Shown: positions 29,038-40,000 of the stretch, in pieces
Layout of the letters: every line of letters starts with the position of its first letter
How positions within the stretch are numbered: position 1 is the first letter of the stretch
Source: Flavobacteriales bacterium
GTDB lineage: Bacteria > Bacteroidota > Bacteroidia > Flavobacteriales_F > PHOS-HE28
Direction: 5' to 3'
Assembly (NCBI GenBank): GCA_016788205.1
Contig: JAEUTA010000013.1
Coordinates: 5,798-69,797 of the forward strand
DNA: 64,000 bases
Position numbers and translations under genes: made by a program
The notes under the pieces: generated by a model
What the model saw: only the letters and a program-made list of their open reading frames with translations
The model's database searches: none
Told to the model about the DNA's origin: nothing

Positions 29038-29937
29038 ACTAGCTTGGAAACACTGCCGCAATGCCCCGTGTGTCACTTTCGCGAACGTCAGCTTTGGGCT
29101 GAGGTCACCGATCACTCCATTTCCCAAGAGGTCTTCAGCGTTCGCGATTGCAGACACTGCGGATTCCGATTCACCGACCCTCGGCCGAGCGCCCCGCACA
29201 TCGGAAAGTACTACCAGAGCGTCAAGTATATCTCTCACTCGAACACCTCTGCTACGGTGGTCGATCGTTTGTATCAAGTCGCTCGTAAGTTTGGAATGCG
29301 AGGTAAATACCGGATCATTCGCAAGCTTCACCCGCACGGAAAAGTCCTAGATGTAGGCTGCGGAACAGGCTCATTCTTGGCCCACCTCATGAGCCGTGGC
29401 TACATCGTGCAGGGCGTGGAACCCGACCTAAAGGCGCGAGAGAATGCCATCGCTGAGCTTGGTGTTCCCGTTGTTCCTTCCTTGGAACAAGTCCCAGGAC
29501 TCGAACAGTTCCAGATAGTAACACTCTGGCACGTTCTCGAACACCTTCCGGATCTACGCTCCGCCCTCAAGCGCATCTACGCCCAGCTCGCTGATCAAGG
29601 TGTGCTCGTGATCGCCGTGCCTGATCGAGATTCTTGGGATGCCACGCATTACGGAACATTCTGGGCGGCCTGGGACGTTCCCCGGCACTTCCACCATTTC
29701 CGCCAACAGGATGTTCACGCCCTACTTCGGGAACATGGATTCGAACTGATCCAGACCAAGCGGATGTGGATGGATGCTCCCTACATCGCCATTCTAAGCG
29801 AAGGTTATGCAGGCGCCCCAAAAGTGCTCGCATTGGTCAGAGGCCTCTTCATAGGCGCTTGGTCCAACGTTGCCAGTCTCGTCACCGGACGACCAACTTC
29901 CAGTTCGTTGTACCTCGCCAGAAAGGCAAAAGCCTGA
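29029..29937 (+). CDS. Class I SAM-dependent methyltransferase with an N-terminal Cys4 zinc-ribbon.
   Basis: CPVCHF...CRHCGF zinc ribbon. Motif I VLDVGCGTGSF and the Methyltransf_11/23-like core. The start codon is non-ATG (GTG at 29029 or TTG at 29044) and uncertain. Confidence 0.75.
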   Translation: MEHTSLETLPQCPVCHFRERQLWAEVTDHSISQEVFSVRDCRHCGFRFTDPRPSAPHIGKYYQSVKYISHSNTSATVVDRLYQVARKFGMRGKYRIIRKLHPHGKVLDVGCGTGSFLAHLMSRGYIVQGVEPDLKARENAIAELGVPVVPSLEQVPGLEQFQIVTLWHVLEHLPDLRSALKRIYAQLADQGVLVIAVPDRDSWDATHYGTFWAAWDVPRHFHHFRQQDVHALLREHGFELIQTKRMWMDAPYIAILSEGYAGAPKVLALVRGLFIGAWSNVASLVTGRPTSSSLYLARKAKA

Positions 29938-30095
29938 GAAGGCCCCTTCCGTCCGTTCTCCGGCACTAACCCGCCGTCCGGCGTGAGTGGGTCCGGGCGG
30001 CTTGCGTTCGTCGATTACGCTTCATTTCTGGGATTCATTATAAAGCGCTGATTATCAGCATATTGATTCTATTCGCGGTCCGCCACACATCCGCT

Positions 30096-30127
30096 TGCCC
30101 ATAGCCCTCTTGATCGGGCTATGGGCA
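30096..30127. promoter_or_regulatory. Perfect 12-bp stem / 8-nt loop hairpin in the leader of the ALDH7-like gene.
   Basis: TGCCCATAGCCC-tcttgatc-GGGCTATGGGCA. No downstream T-tract, so it is not a classical terminator. It lies 10-40 nt before the start codon. Confidence 0.4.
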
Positions 30128-30158
30128 GCACATACATTTGCGGCCTCAATTGAATGTG

Positions 30159-31721
30159 ATGAGTACTACCGCGACCCTGCCAAAGAATCGTATCGCCGAA
30201 GTCCTACAGAGGATCGGTGTTCAAGAGAACAATAGCGGTGTATCAACCGGCACTTCATGGCTGACTGGTGAGGGCGATGTCCTCACCAGTCACAGCCCGG
30301 TTGACGGTGCCTTGATCGGCTCCGTTCGCAGCGCGACGAAAGGCGAATACGACAAGGCGTTGGAGACGGCACGCAATGGTTTCATCGAGTGGCGCACCTG
30401 GCCAGCCCCCAAGCGCGGAGAGATCGTGCGCCAACTTGGGGAGGAGCTTCGCCGCCACAAAGCCGACCTCGGAAAACTGGTGAGCTACGAAATGGGCAAG
30501 AGCTACCAAGAGGGTCTGGGGGAAGTGCAAGAGATGATCGACATCTGCGATTTCGCGGTCGGTCTATCGCGACAGCTCCACGGGCTTACCATGCATAGCG
30601 AGCGGCCCGATCATCGCATGTACGAACAGTGGCATCCGCTCGGGGTTGTCGGCATCATCACCGCCTTCAACTTCCCGGTCGCGGTATGGAGCTGGAACAC
30701 GGCACTCGCTTGGGTGTGTGGTGACGTGTGCGTATGGAAGCCGAGCGAGAAGACGCCGCTTTGCAGCATCGCTTGCCAGCACATCGCCGCAGAAGTGTTC
30801 AAACGCAACGGCGTACCCGAAGGAGTTTCCGTCCTGATCAACGGTGGCCGTGAAGTAGGGGAGTGGCTCAGTGCCGATGAGCGCATTCCCTTGGTGAGCG
30901 CTACCGGAAGTACCCGCATGGGGAAGGCAGTATCGGCCACCGTGGGCCAACGCTTGGGCCGCTCCTTGCTCGAACTCGGTGGGAATAACGCCATCATCAT
31001 CAGCGATAAGGCCGACTTGGACATGTCCCTGATCGGTTGCGTTTTCGGAGCTGTCGGTACGGCTGGCCAGCGCTGCACCACAACGCGCCGCTTGATCATC
31101 CACGACAAGGTCTATGACGCATTCAAACAGAAATTGGTCAAGGCTTATGGCCAGCTCCGCATCGGAGATCCTTTGGACGAGAACAACCACGTGGGGCCCC
31201 TGATCGATACGCACGCTGTTGGGCTCTACAACGCAGCTCTGGAAGCCGCCAAGAAGCAGGGAGGCACCGTTCTGGTAGAGGGTGGCGTGATGACCGGCGG
31301 TGGCTATGGCAGCGGCTGCTACGTGAAGCCCGCCATCGTGGAGGCAAAGCCCGATATGCCCGTGGTGCACGAGGAGACCTTCGCTCCCATCCTTTATCTC
31401 CTCCGCTACAACGGCGATGTACACGAGGCCATCGCTATTCAGAATGGCGTGAAACAAGGCCTGAGCAGTTCGATCATGACGCTGGACCTGCGTGAAGCCG
31501 AGCGATTCCTAGGCGCCGCCGGCAGCGACTGTGGCATCGCCAACGTGAACATCGGAACCAGCGGGGCGGAGATCGGCGGTGCTTTTGGTGGCGAGAAGGA
31601 GACGGGCGGTGGCCGAGAGAGCGGTAGTGATGCCTGGAGGGTCTACATGCGCCGCCAGACCAATACCATCAACCACGGCACAACGCTGCCCCTAGCCCAA
31701 GGCATCAAGTTCGATCTCTGA
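30159..31721 (+). CDS. Aldehyde dehydrogenase of the ALDH7/antiquitin type (alpha-aminoadipic semialdehyde / piperideine-6-carboxylate dehydrogenase).
   Basis: Blocks ITAFNFPVAVWSWNTALAWVCGDVCVWKPSEKTP and the catalytic Cys region GQRCTTTRRL closely follow the ALDH7 pattern. The ATG was chosen over the upstream TTG used in the track. Confidence 0.8.
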   Translation: MSTTATLPKNRIAEVLQRIGVQENNSGVSTGTSWLTGEGDVLTSHSPVDGALIGSVRSATKGEYDKALETARNGFIEWRTWPAPKRGEIVRQLGEELRRHKADLGKLVSYEMGKSYQEGLGEVQEMIDICDFAVGLSRQLHGLTMHSERPDHRMYEQWHPLGVVGIITAFNFPVAVWSWNTALAWVCGDVCVWKPSEKTPLCSIACQHIAAEVFKRNGVPEGVSVLINGGREVGEWLSADERIPLVSATGSTRMGKAVSATVGQRLGRSLLELGGNNAIIISDKADLDMSLIGCVFGAVGTAGQRCTTTRRLIIHDKVYDAFKQKLVKAYGQLRIGDPLDENNHVGPLIDTHAVGLYNAALEAAKKQGGTVLVEGGVMTGGGYGSGCYVKPAIVEAKPDMPVVHEETFAPILYLLRYNGDVHEAIAIQNGVKQGLSSSIMTLDLREAERFLGAAGSDCGIANVNIGTSGAEIGGAFGGEKETGGGRESGSDAWRVYMRRQTNTINHGTTLPLAQGIKFDL

Positions 31722-31806
31722 CCATCCCGGGCGGCGTTCGGATCGCAAGGGTGCTCGGTTTCCGACGTCTTCGGTTCAGGGTGTCCGGATATATTCGCGG
31801 CCCCTT

Positions 31807-33081
31807 ATGCCGAACCGTTCGTCATATCTCGCCGCGGCTGTAGTCACCTTTTCCCTCGCTGGATGCGGAAACCGGGAGGTTCACACCCCTGTACCCAAGG
31901 CCGGTCCATGGCGAATGGAAATGGACCTGAACGGTCATCCTTTGCCCTTCCTGTTCGACCTGGCCCATAACGATAGTTCCATCTGGACCGCCCACATCCA
32001 CAATGGAAGCGAGGATATCGTCGTCCAGGACATCGTTCTGGTCCAAGACACCTTCCTCATGCGCATGCCATTGTTCGACTCCGAATTCAAGGGGGTCGTT
32101 CGCAATGACAGCGTGATCGAGGGCTTCTGGCACAACTACCTCAAGGGCCCGGACTATCGTATCGCTTTCCGCGCCAGTGCAGGTCATTCCGAACGGTTCC
32201 CGAATAATTCGCCCAATGACGCTGTGTTGAAAGGAACTTGGGAGGTTCACTTCAGCAACGGTACTCCGGACGCGTACAACGCGATCGGTCTTTTCGAACA
32301 GCACGATGGAGGTCGGCTTACAGGAACCTTCGTGACCGAGACTGGCGACTACCGCTTCCTGGAGGGCGCTGTGGATAACGACTCGATGAAGCTTTCCTGC
32401 TTCGATGGCTCACACGCTTTCCTGTTCAACGCGGCTCTGTACGGGGACAGTCTCGTAGGCCGCTACTGGAGCGGAAGCCATTGGGAGGAGCCCTGGGTCG
32501 CTTACCGCAATCCCGACTACAAGCTCAGAGACCCCGATTCCCTCACCTTCCTGAAGGAGGGCTACGACATGGTGGACTTCCAGTTCCCCGATCTGGATGG
32601 AACGCCCGTGTCACCGAGCGATGCCAAATTCAAGGGCAAGGTGTTGATGGTGCAGGTAATGGGCAGCTGGTGTCCGAATTGTGTGGATGAGACGCGCTTG
32701 CTGAACGAGATCTACGGCGCGTATGCCGATAAGGGACTCGGTGTGATCGCCATCGCGTTCGAGAAGTATCCGGAAGAAGCCAAGGCCATCGCCGGTCTCA
32801 AACGTTTCAAGCAGACGCTGGGGGTCGATTATCCCATCGTCTACGGTGGCCTGGCTTCAAAGGAGAAAGCCGCAGAAAAGTTGCCCTTCCTAGACCATGT
32901 GATGAGCTATCCCACCTGCATCTTCGTGGACCGCAACGGGGTTGTTCGCCGCATCCGCACAGGCTTCTACGGGCCTGGGACCGGGTCGCACTACGAGAAC
33001 TATCGCCGCAATCTCCACCTCTTCGTGGAGCAGCTGCTCGCCGAACCAGAGGTTCAGGCAAAGCCGAAGAAAGCAGCCTAG
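31807..33081 (+). CDS. TlpA/ResA-like thiol-disulfide oxidoreductase lipoprotein with a large N-terminal beta-rich domain.
   Basis: Lipobox LAGC. Thioredoxin-fold active site MGSWCPNCVDE in the C-terminal AhpC/TSA-like domain. Confidence 0.7.
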   Translation: MPNRSSYLAAAVVTFSLAGCGNREVHTPVPKAGPWRMEMDLNGHPLPFLFDLAHNDSSIWTAHIHNGSEDIVVQDIVLVQDTFLMRMPLFDSEFKGVVRNDSVIEGFWHNYLKGPDYRIAFRASAGHSERFPNNSPNDAVLKGTWEVHFSNGTPDAYNAIGLFEQHDGGRLTGTFVTETGDYRFLEGAVDNDSMKLSCFDGSHAFLFNAALYGDSLVGRYWSGSHWEEPWVAYRNPDYKLRDPDSLTFLKEGYDMVDFQFPDLDGTPVSPSDAKFKGKVLMVQVMGSWCPNCVDETRLLNEIYGAYADKGLGVIAIAFEKYPEEAKAIAGLKRFKQTLGVDYPIVYGGLASKEKAAEKLPFLDHVMSYPTCIFVDRNGVVRRIRTGFYGPGTGSHYENYRRNLHLFVEQLLAEPEVQAKPKKAA

Positions 33082-33082
33082 A

Positions 33083-34600
33083 TCAAGGCTTTACGGGCTT
33101 GTCCACCACGATCCGTTCCTCCTGGTTCGCTAGGATCCACGCGGTGTAGAACGCCAGCAATGTGCGCTGGTGAAGCAGTCCGAAGTCGATCTTCTCCACG
33201 TCGTCCCCGGGCTGGTGATAATCCTCATGGACCCCGCTGAAATAGAATACGCTGGGCACTCCTTTCCGCGCGAAATTGTAGTGGTCGCTCCGGTAGTAGA
33301 AGCGGTTGGGGTCGCTCTCGGCATTGAACGTGTAATCCAAGTCCAGCTTGGTATACAGACTGTTCGCTTGTTCATTCGCCCGATGTAGACCACTGCTCAG
33401 TCGATCACTTCCAATGATATAGATGTATGGGGGCGATGTGGCGTGTGCACTGTCCCTTCGCCCGATCATGTCGATGTTGATATCCGCCACGGTATTCGCC
33501 AGCGGGAACACGGGATGCTCGCTGTAGTAGCGCGAACCCAGAAGGCCCTTCTCTTCGCCGCTCACCGGCATCACCAGCACGCTCCGCCGCGGACCATGAC
33601 CTGCCTTCTTGGCCTGCATGAACGCCTGCGCCATCTCGATTATGGCAACGGTACCCGTGCCATCATCATCCGCCCCATTATAGACCACACCATCCTGCAC
33701 GCCGATGTGATCGTAGTGCGCGGTGAGCACCACGATCTCGTCCTTCTTGTCCGTTCCCTCGATGAAGGCCAGGACATTCTCGGCCGTTAGTCGTTGTTCT
33801 CCGGGTTTCACCTCCAGCTCGAAGGAAACAGGGATGGCACGTTCCTTCTTTTTACGACGCAGCTTGGCCATGGTGGTTGTTGCCAAAAGCTGGTCCATGG
33901 CCGGTTCATCCACCAGTATCATCTGGGCCTGCGCTTCCTTCTGAGTGGCTTTTGTACCGCTGTCCGCCAGGCGCATGTGCGTATCGCTCAAGTGCATGGA
34001 ACCCAGCAGCTCCGGTAACGAAGGCATATTCACCACCACCAGCGAGACACCTGCTGCACGGAGCGCATCCACACGTGTCCGAAGGATCCCCAAGGCGTTC
34101 GGCCCGGTTCCCATGCTGCGCGTATCCACCAGCACCGCTTTGCCCTGCACGGAGACCTTCAGCGGCTTGGCCATGTCACCGACATAAATGAGCTCCTTCA
34201 CGCCACGACCGGTCTGCAGTACCTCCTGGAAATAGACCAGCTCCTTGCCGTACGTGTAGGTTCGGCCGTCCTTCACGATGCTGATGGTCCCAGAGCGGAC
34301 CTCCACCACATCGAAAGGCTGGTAGTAGCCCTCACGAATGGCCGCTGGATCAGGTGCCGGAACAGCTGGGATCCCCGCCTTCACGAATTGTTCTTTCAAG
34401 TAAGCTGCTGCCAGTTTCTGGCCTTCCTTGCCCGTGTCCCGGCCAAGGAATTCATCGCTCGCGAGTTTCGCTAAGTGTTCACGCAGTTCCTCAGAAGTAA
34501 TGGTCCCTGCATACTTCAATGCAAGACTATCCACCTGAGCGTGAAGCCCCAAGCAGAAGCACAGGGCCAGAAGTGGCGTGAGCAGGTATCGTTGATGCAT
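33083..34600 (-). CDS. M28-family metallopeptidase (aminopeptidase) with a PA domain, secreted.
   Basis: Zn-ligand block LTAHYDHIGVQDGVVYNGADDDGTGTVAIIEMAQAF. Signal peptide MHQRYLLTPLLALCFCLGLHAQ. The track ORF carries a 72-codon N-terminal extension, so the start was trimmed. Confidence 0.75.
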   Translation of the reverse strand: MHQRYLLTPLLALCFCLGLHAQVDSLALKYAGTITSEELREHLAKLASDEFLGRDTGKEGQKLAAAYLKEQFVKAGIPAVPAPDPAAIREGYYQPFDVVEVRSGTISIVKDGRTYTYGKELVYFQEVLQTGRGVKELIYVGDMAKPLKVSVQGKAVLVDTRSMGTGPNALGILRTRVDALRAAGVSLVVVNMPSLPELLGSMHLSDTHMRLADSGTKATQKEAQAQMILVDEPAMDQLLATTTMAKLRRKKKERAIPVSFELEVKPGEQRLTAENVLAFIEGTDKKDEIVVLTAHYDHIGVQDGVVYNGADDDGTGTVAIIEMAQAFMQAKKAGHGPRRSVLVMPVSGEEKGLLGSRYYSEHPVFPLANTVADINIDMIGRRDSAHATSPPYIYIIGSDRLSSGLHRANEQANSLYTKLDLDYTFNAESDPNRFYYRSDHYNFARKGVPSVFYFSGVHEDYHQPGDDVEKIDFGLLHQRTLLAFYTAWILANQEERIVVDKPVKP

Positions 34601-34607
34601 GGTGTAC

Positions 34608-35036
34608 CTACAGTTCGATCTTCTCCACCCGACGCTGGTGGCGGCCACCTTCGAACTGCGCGACAAGGAAGGCATCCACGATCTCCACCGCTTCGCCTTC
34701 GGTGATGAAGCGTGCCGGAAGAGCCAGCACATTCGCGTTGTTGTGCTGCCTGGCCAAGGCGGCCACTTCGGGCTTCCAAGCGAGAGCAGAACGGATACCA
34801 CGGTGACGGTTCGCACTGATGTTGATGCCGTTACCGCTTCCGCAGATCAGAATGCCCAGGGTTCCAGCTTCAGCCAACACACCGGTAGCAACGGCATGCC
34901 CATAATCCGGATAGTCCACGCTGTCCTTCACATGAGTACCCTTGTCGGTGACCTCGAAGCCTGCTGCCTTGAGATGGTCCTTCAAGTGATGCTTCAAGTC
35001 AATGCCTGCATGGTCACTGCCAATAAGGATGTGCAT
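34608..35036 (-). CDS. rpiB: Ribose-5-phosphate isomerase B.
   Basis: The protein begins MHILIGSDHAGIDLKHHLKDHLKAAGFEV. It carries GILICGSGNGINISANR. About 143 aa. It lies 7 nt upstream of the M28 peptidase gene on the same strand. Confidence 0.8.
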   Translation of the reverse strand: MHILIGSDHAGIDLKHHLKDHLKAAGFEVTDKGTHVKDSVDYPDYGHAVATGVLAEAGTLGILICGSGNGINISANRHRGIRSALAWKPEVAALARQHNNANVLALPARFITEGEAVEIVDAFLVAQFEGGRHQRRVEKIEL

Positions 35037-35488
35037 GGTGCCGTTCGCTTGACAACAAAGATACCTCGGCACTCCATTCCAAGAGATCTGACGATCCGAT
35101 CGTGGGATCGCTGTTCACGCTGTGGATATCCAGCGGTAACATTTCAGCGAAGGGATCGGTGTTGATCCACTTAAGAAGAACAGCCATTCCACCAAACTTC
35201 GTTGTGGATCGATATGCACCTGCAACACACGATCAGCAGGCCAACATTCACCCTGTTCTTTTCGACATCTTCCACGCTAGCACGATATCAACGATCGTTC
35301 ATTGCTATGATCAAGTCCTAGGAGCCCAATGGTATCAAGCAGGCACCCATCTGTTGGATCGTTCATCCGCAGTGAGCTAATTTTGATAAGCCATCCGTGC
35401 AAGACCCGGAGGATCGGATCATCAACAGATCCAACAGCCCATACTATATCATCATCCTTTTAAAAGGAAAAGAGAATACAAGAAGAAC

Positions 35489-37018
35489 ATGTGGAGAACG
35501 TTCCTGGGTGGTTGTTCGATGATGATGATGATGTGCGCTTTCGCGCAAACATCGAACGACAGTCTGCACCGGTATTTCCACACGAACGGCAAAGTGGCCA
35601 GCGAAGGGTTGTTGGTGGATGGTAGACCGGAAGGCCACTGGCGCAACTTTTACGAGACCGGTGTTCTGCGCAGTGAGGGTTCGCGGTATGCCCTGTTGTT
35701 GGAAGGCGTTTGGAAGTTCTACGACCAGAAGGGGAGGCTAGCCAGCACCATCACCTACATGGGCGATAAGAAGAACGGGCCATCGTTGAAGTACGATACG
35801 GCCGGTGTGCTCATGGCCGAAGAGACCTTCGTGGACGACCAACGCGAAGGCGTGGCGAAGTATTTCCATGCCAATGGCACCCTGCACAAGGAGATCCCCT
35901 TCAAAGCAGGCAAGGAAGAGGGCAGGGGTTACGAGTATGCGGACGATGGACGGGTGATCTCGTTACTTCAGTATGGAGCAGGATTGCTGCGGAAGCGCGA
36001 GGATATCAACAAGGTGGATAGACAGGGATTGAAACAAGGCCCGTGGAAAGAGTTCTATGCGAACGCCAAGGTGAAGTGGGAGGGCAACTACGTGGATGGC
36101 GAACGCCAAGGCCTGTTCAAGGAGTACGACGCCCAAGGTGGTCTGAAGGACATGGTGAAGTTCGATGGCGGCGTGAAGGATGAAAAAGCCACGGAGGCAC
36201 AGCTTATAGATATCAAGAAGACCTACCATGCCAATGGCAAGGTGGCCAGTATGGGCAGCTACTCACGCACAGGTAAAAAGGAAGGCCTGTTCCGGGAGTT
36301 CAACGAGAAGGGAGAGCCATCATCGGCGAGCATCTATTCTGGTGACCAGCTCCTGAGCCAGGGCACTGTGAACGATGTGGGAGCACTGGAGGGCGAGTGG
36401 ACGGAGTACTATGCTACCGGCGAAAAACGCGCTTCGGGCACGTACAAAGGGGGCAAGAAAGAAGGGGATTGGAGCTTCTTTCACCGCAACGGTGGCGTGG
36501 AACAAAAGGGCAAATACATGGCTGGCCTTGCGCAAGGGACTTGGGAATGGTTCTATGAGGATGGCAAGAAGCATCGGGAGGAACTCTACCGGAAAGGCAA
36601 GGAGGACGGTGCTTCGGTTGAATATGATGAGGAAGGGAACGTGATCGTTCAGGGTGACTACCTCGATGGCTTGAAGGATGGGAAGTGGTACTACAAAGTG
36701 GGTGACCACAAGGAGGAAGGAGCCTACAAGGATGGTTTGAAGGATGGCCTTTGGGTATATACTTATGACAACGGGCGGAAGAGTTTCACCGGCGAGTTCG
36801 TTAACGGAGACCCGAACGGCAAGCACAAGTGGTTCTATACCAGTGGACAAGTGCAGCTGGAAGGCCGCTACAAGATGGGCTTGGAACAGGGAGAGTTCAT
36901 CCACTACAACGAACAGGGTTTCCCCATCACTATCGTCAAGTTCAAGGATGGTGCTGAGATCTGCATCGATGGGGAAAAAATCCCGGCACCTTATCACATC
37001 GACGAAGTAGCACCCTGA
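35489..37018 (+). CDS. Secreted MORN-repeat (MORN_2 / YwqK-like) protein.
   Basis: Signal peptide MWRTFLGGCSMMMMMCAFAQ. About 14 tandem repeats of the form YHANGKVASxGxYxxGKKEGLWxEY (G-x-W-x-x-Y-Y-x-N-G). Confidence 0.65.
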   Translation: MWRTFLGGCSMMMMMCAFAQTSNDSLHRYFHTNGKVASEGLLVDGRPEGHWRNFYETGVLRSEGSRYALLLEGVWKFYDQKGRLASTITYMGDKKNGPSLKYDTAGVLMAEETFVDDQREGVAKYFHANGTLHKEIPFKAGKEEGRGYEYADDGRVISLLQYGAGLLRKREDINKVDRQGLKQGPWKEFYANAKVKWEGNYVDGERQGLFKEYDAQGGLKDMVKFDGGVKDEKATEAQLIDIKKTYHANGKVASMGSYSRTGKKEGLFREFNEKGEPSSASIYSGDQLLSQGTVNDVGALEGEWTEYYATGEKRASGTYKGGKKEGDWSFFHRNGGVEQKGKYMAGLAQGTWEWFYEDGKKHREELYRKGKEDGASVEYDEEGNVIVQGDYLDGLKDGKWYYKVGDHKEEGAYKDGLKDGLWVYTYDNGRKSFTGEFVNGDPNGKHKWFYTSGQVQLEGRYKMGLEQGEFIHYNEQGFPITIVKFKDGAEICIDGEKIPAPYHIDEVAP

Positions 37019-37056
37019 TCACCCTCGCCAGCCCTCCGCTTCAGTAAGTTCGTGGC

Positions 37057-40000
37057 ATGGTTCGCAAAGAGGCCCCGGACAATGGCCTGAAAGAGCAGGA
37101 TGTAGCGAAGGCCTACGCGGACCTGAAGCGGCAATACGACCAGCTTGTTAGCCGCAACCTGGCGGGTGTGTATCGCACCACCATGGACGGGCGCTTCATC
37201 GAATGCAACGATGCACTGGCGCGACTGCTCGGGTATCGCGACCGCGAGGAATTGATGGAATTGCAGGCCACCGTCGCCTATCCATCCCAGGCCGAACGCG
37301 ATCGGTTCCTACAAGCCCTGCTCCGCGACAAGCAACTCATAAACTTCGAACTCACGCTGAAACATCGCAACGGCCGCGCCGTCGAGGTGTTGGAGAACGT
37401 GTTCTTGGACGAAACGGATGATGGTGAACAGACGATCCAAGGAACCCTGATCGATGTCACTGGAATCCGTCAGGCGGAGATAGAACAGGCCACCCTCACA
37501 TCGAGCTATCGCAGTTTGGTGGAACATATGCGTGATGGTATTCTGGTTGTGAAGGAACGCCGGATCCAATATGCCAACCCCGCTGCTCAGCAACTCGCTA
37601 GCGAGCCGCTCATCGGCCAGGAAGTGGACCAGCTCTTCCTGGCGGAAGACCGAGCAGCGGTGTTGCAACTGATGGAGCAAGGAGGTTCGGTCGCGGATGG
37701 ACAACCCGTGGTTGTCCGTCTCGCGAAGGATCGCAGCCGTGAGCTTGGACTTTTCGCAACGCAAGCACTGTTTGAAGGAACGGCCGCCGTTCAACTCACC
37801 CTACAGGACGAGCAGGAACGACAGCACTTGTTACGCGAACGGTTGCGCGTGCAGATGGCCGAGGAGGTGAATCAAGTGCTGCGTCAGGAGATAGACGAAC
37901 ACCGGCGCACACAGGATGCGCTTCGACGCTCGCGTCGATTCGCGCGAAGTCTCGTGGATAGTTCGCTCGATATGATCATGGCCGCCGACCCACAAGGTCT
38001 TGTGTCGGAATACAACCCCGCTGCGCAGATCCGTTTCGGTTACGAGCCACATGAGGTGATGGGGACAGGCACGCAAAAGCTCTACGCCGACCCAACGGAG
38101 TTCGCTCGGATCCAGAATGAATTGAACACTTATGGAGCATTCACCGGCGAGATCAAGAACGTGACGAAGGACGGTGAAGTGTTCACCTCTTTCCTGGCAG
38201 CCTCGCGCATGTTCGATGAGGACGGACAGTTCCTGGGAGCCATGGGTGTCTCGCGTGACATCACGCGCATGAAGAAGGACCAAGAAGCACTTCGTGCAAG
38301 CGAAGAACGCTACCGGGACTTGTTCGAGAACGCCACTGACATGATCCAAAGCGTGGACCCCAGCGGACGGTTCGAGTATGTGAACAAGGCTTGGAAGAAC
38401 GCCTTGGGTTATGCCGATGCCGAGATCAACGAACTAACGCTCGAGGAGGTGCTGCATCCAGGCCATCTGGCTGCGTACCGCGAACGGCACTCCCGTGTGA
38501 TGGCGGGCGAAGAGGTCGAGCGGATCAGCACGATATTCATCGGAAAGCAGGGGCAAGAGGTGCATGTGGAAGGCACCACGAATCTCCGGAGCGTGGATGG
38601 CAGGCCCGTGGCCACGCGCAGCATCTTCACGGATATGACGAACGTGGATGCCGCCCGCGCGAAGGTGCAGCAACACGAGGCGAAACTGCGCGCCCTGTTC
38701 GAGAGCAGCGAACACATGTTCTGGACGGTCGATCCGCAGATCAAATTGACCAGCTACAACCGCGGATATGGCGATATGATCGAACGGCTCCATGGAAAGC
38801 GACCAGAGATCAACACCGACCCCGCAAGGCCGCGGGCTTTGTTCGCGCCTGCTGAATACCACGCTTTCTGGGAGAAGAAGTATGCCGAGGCCTTCTCCGG
38901 AAAACCGATGCGGTTCGAAACGGACCGTATCGACCAGAACGGAGAGCGCGTCTGTAATGAGATATTCCTGAGCCCGGTGTTCGCTCCGGACGGTAACGTG
39001 ATGGAAGTGTTCGGCGTAGGCCACGAGATCACCGAGCAGAAGGTGGCGGAAGACCTTGTGCGCCAGCAAGCAGCACGCATCAAGGCGATCTTCGAGAATG
39101 CAGCGAACGTGATGATCTGGACCTTGGACAAGGACTACCGGATCACCTCGTTCAACGAACACTTCCAACGCACCACGGAACGTCGTATCGGTATCCATTT
39201 CGAACGCGGCGACGATTTCATCGGTTCCATGCGCGAGCGAGTCGCCAACGGGGCCGCAGAACCTGCCATCGCGCAATTCAAAGCCGCCCGAAAAGGTGCG
39301 CCGCAACAATTCGAGATCGAACTACGCGGAGACGACGGCCGCTCGATCTGGGTGGAGTGTTTCCTGAACCCGATCGCCGGCGCCGGTGGAGTACAGGAGA
39401 TCTCCTGCATGGCATACGGCATCACCGACCGCAAGGAGGCGGAAATCAAGCTGCGCCAGAGCCTTAACGAGAAGGAGGTGCTGCTGAAAGAGGTGCATCA
39501 CCGCGTGAAGAACAACCTGCAGGTGATCAGCAGCATCCTCAGTCTGCAGACCGCCCACGTGGACAACGATGCCCGGATCCTGGAGCTGCTGCGCGTGAGC
39601 CGCGACCGCATCCGCAGCATGTCCTTCATCCACGAGAGCCTGTACCAGAACAAGGACTTCAGTTCCATCGACATGGCCACCTACATCGATGGCCTCAGCC
39701 GGAATCTGGTGATGAGCTACAGCCTCAACGGCAAGGTGGCCTTGGAACGCAACCTGGAGCGCGCCGAGCTTGTCCTTGATCAAGCGATCCCCTGCGGCTT
39801 GATCCTCAACGAACTCATCAGCAATGCCTTCAAACACGCCTTTCCGGACGGACGGGCCGGCGTAGTGAACATCGGGCTGAGGCTGGAGAACGAAAGGGTC
39901 TCCATCTCCGTAGCCGACGACGGCGTGGGCCTGCCGGAAGGCTTCAACACCAAGAACGACGGCAACTTGGGCCTTGAACTGGTGCGCACCCTGGTAGACC

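Noticed and set aside
30564-31457. 297-aa minus-strand ORF inside the ALDH7-like gene
   Set aside because: Antisense shadow ORF.
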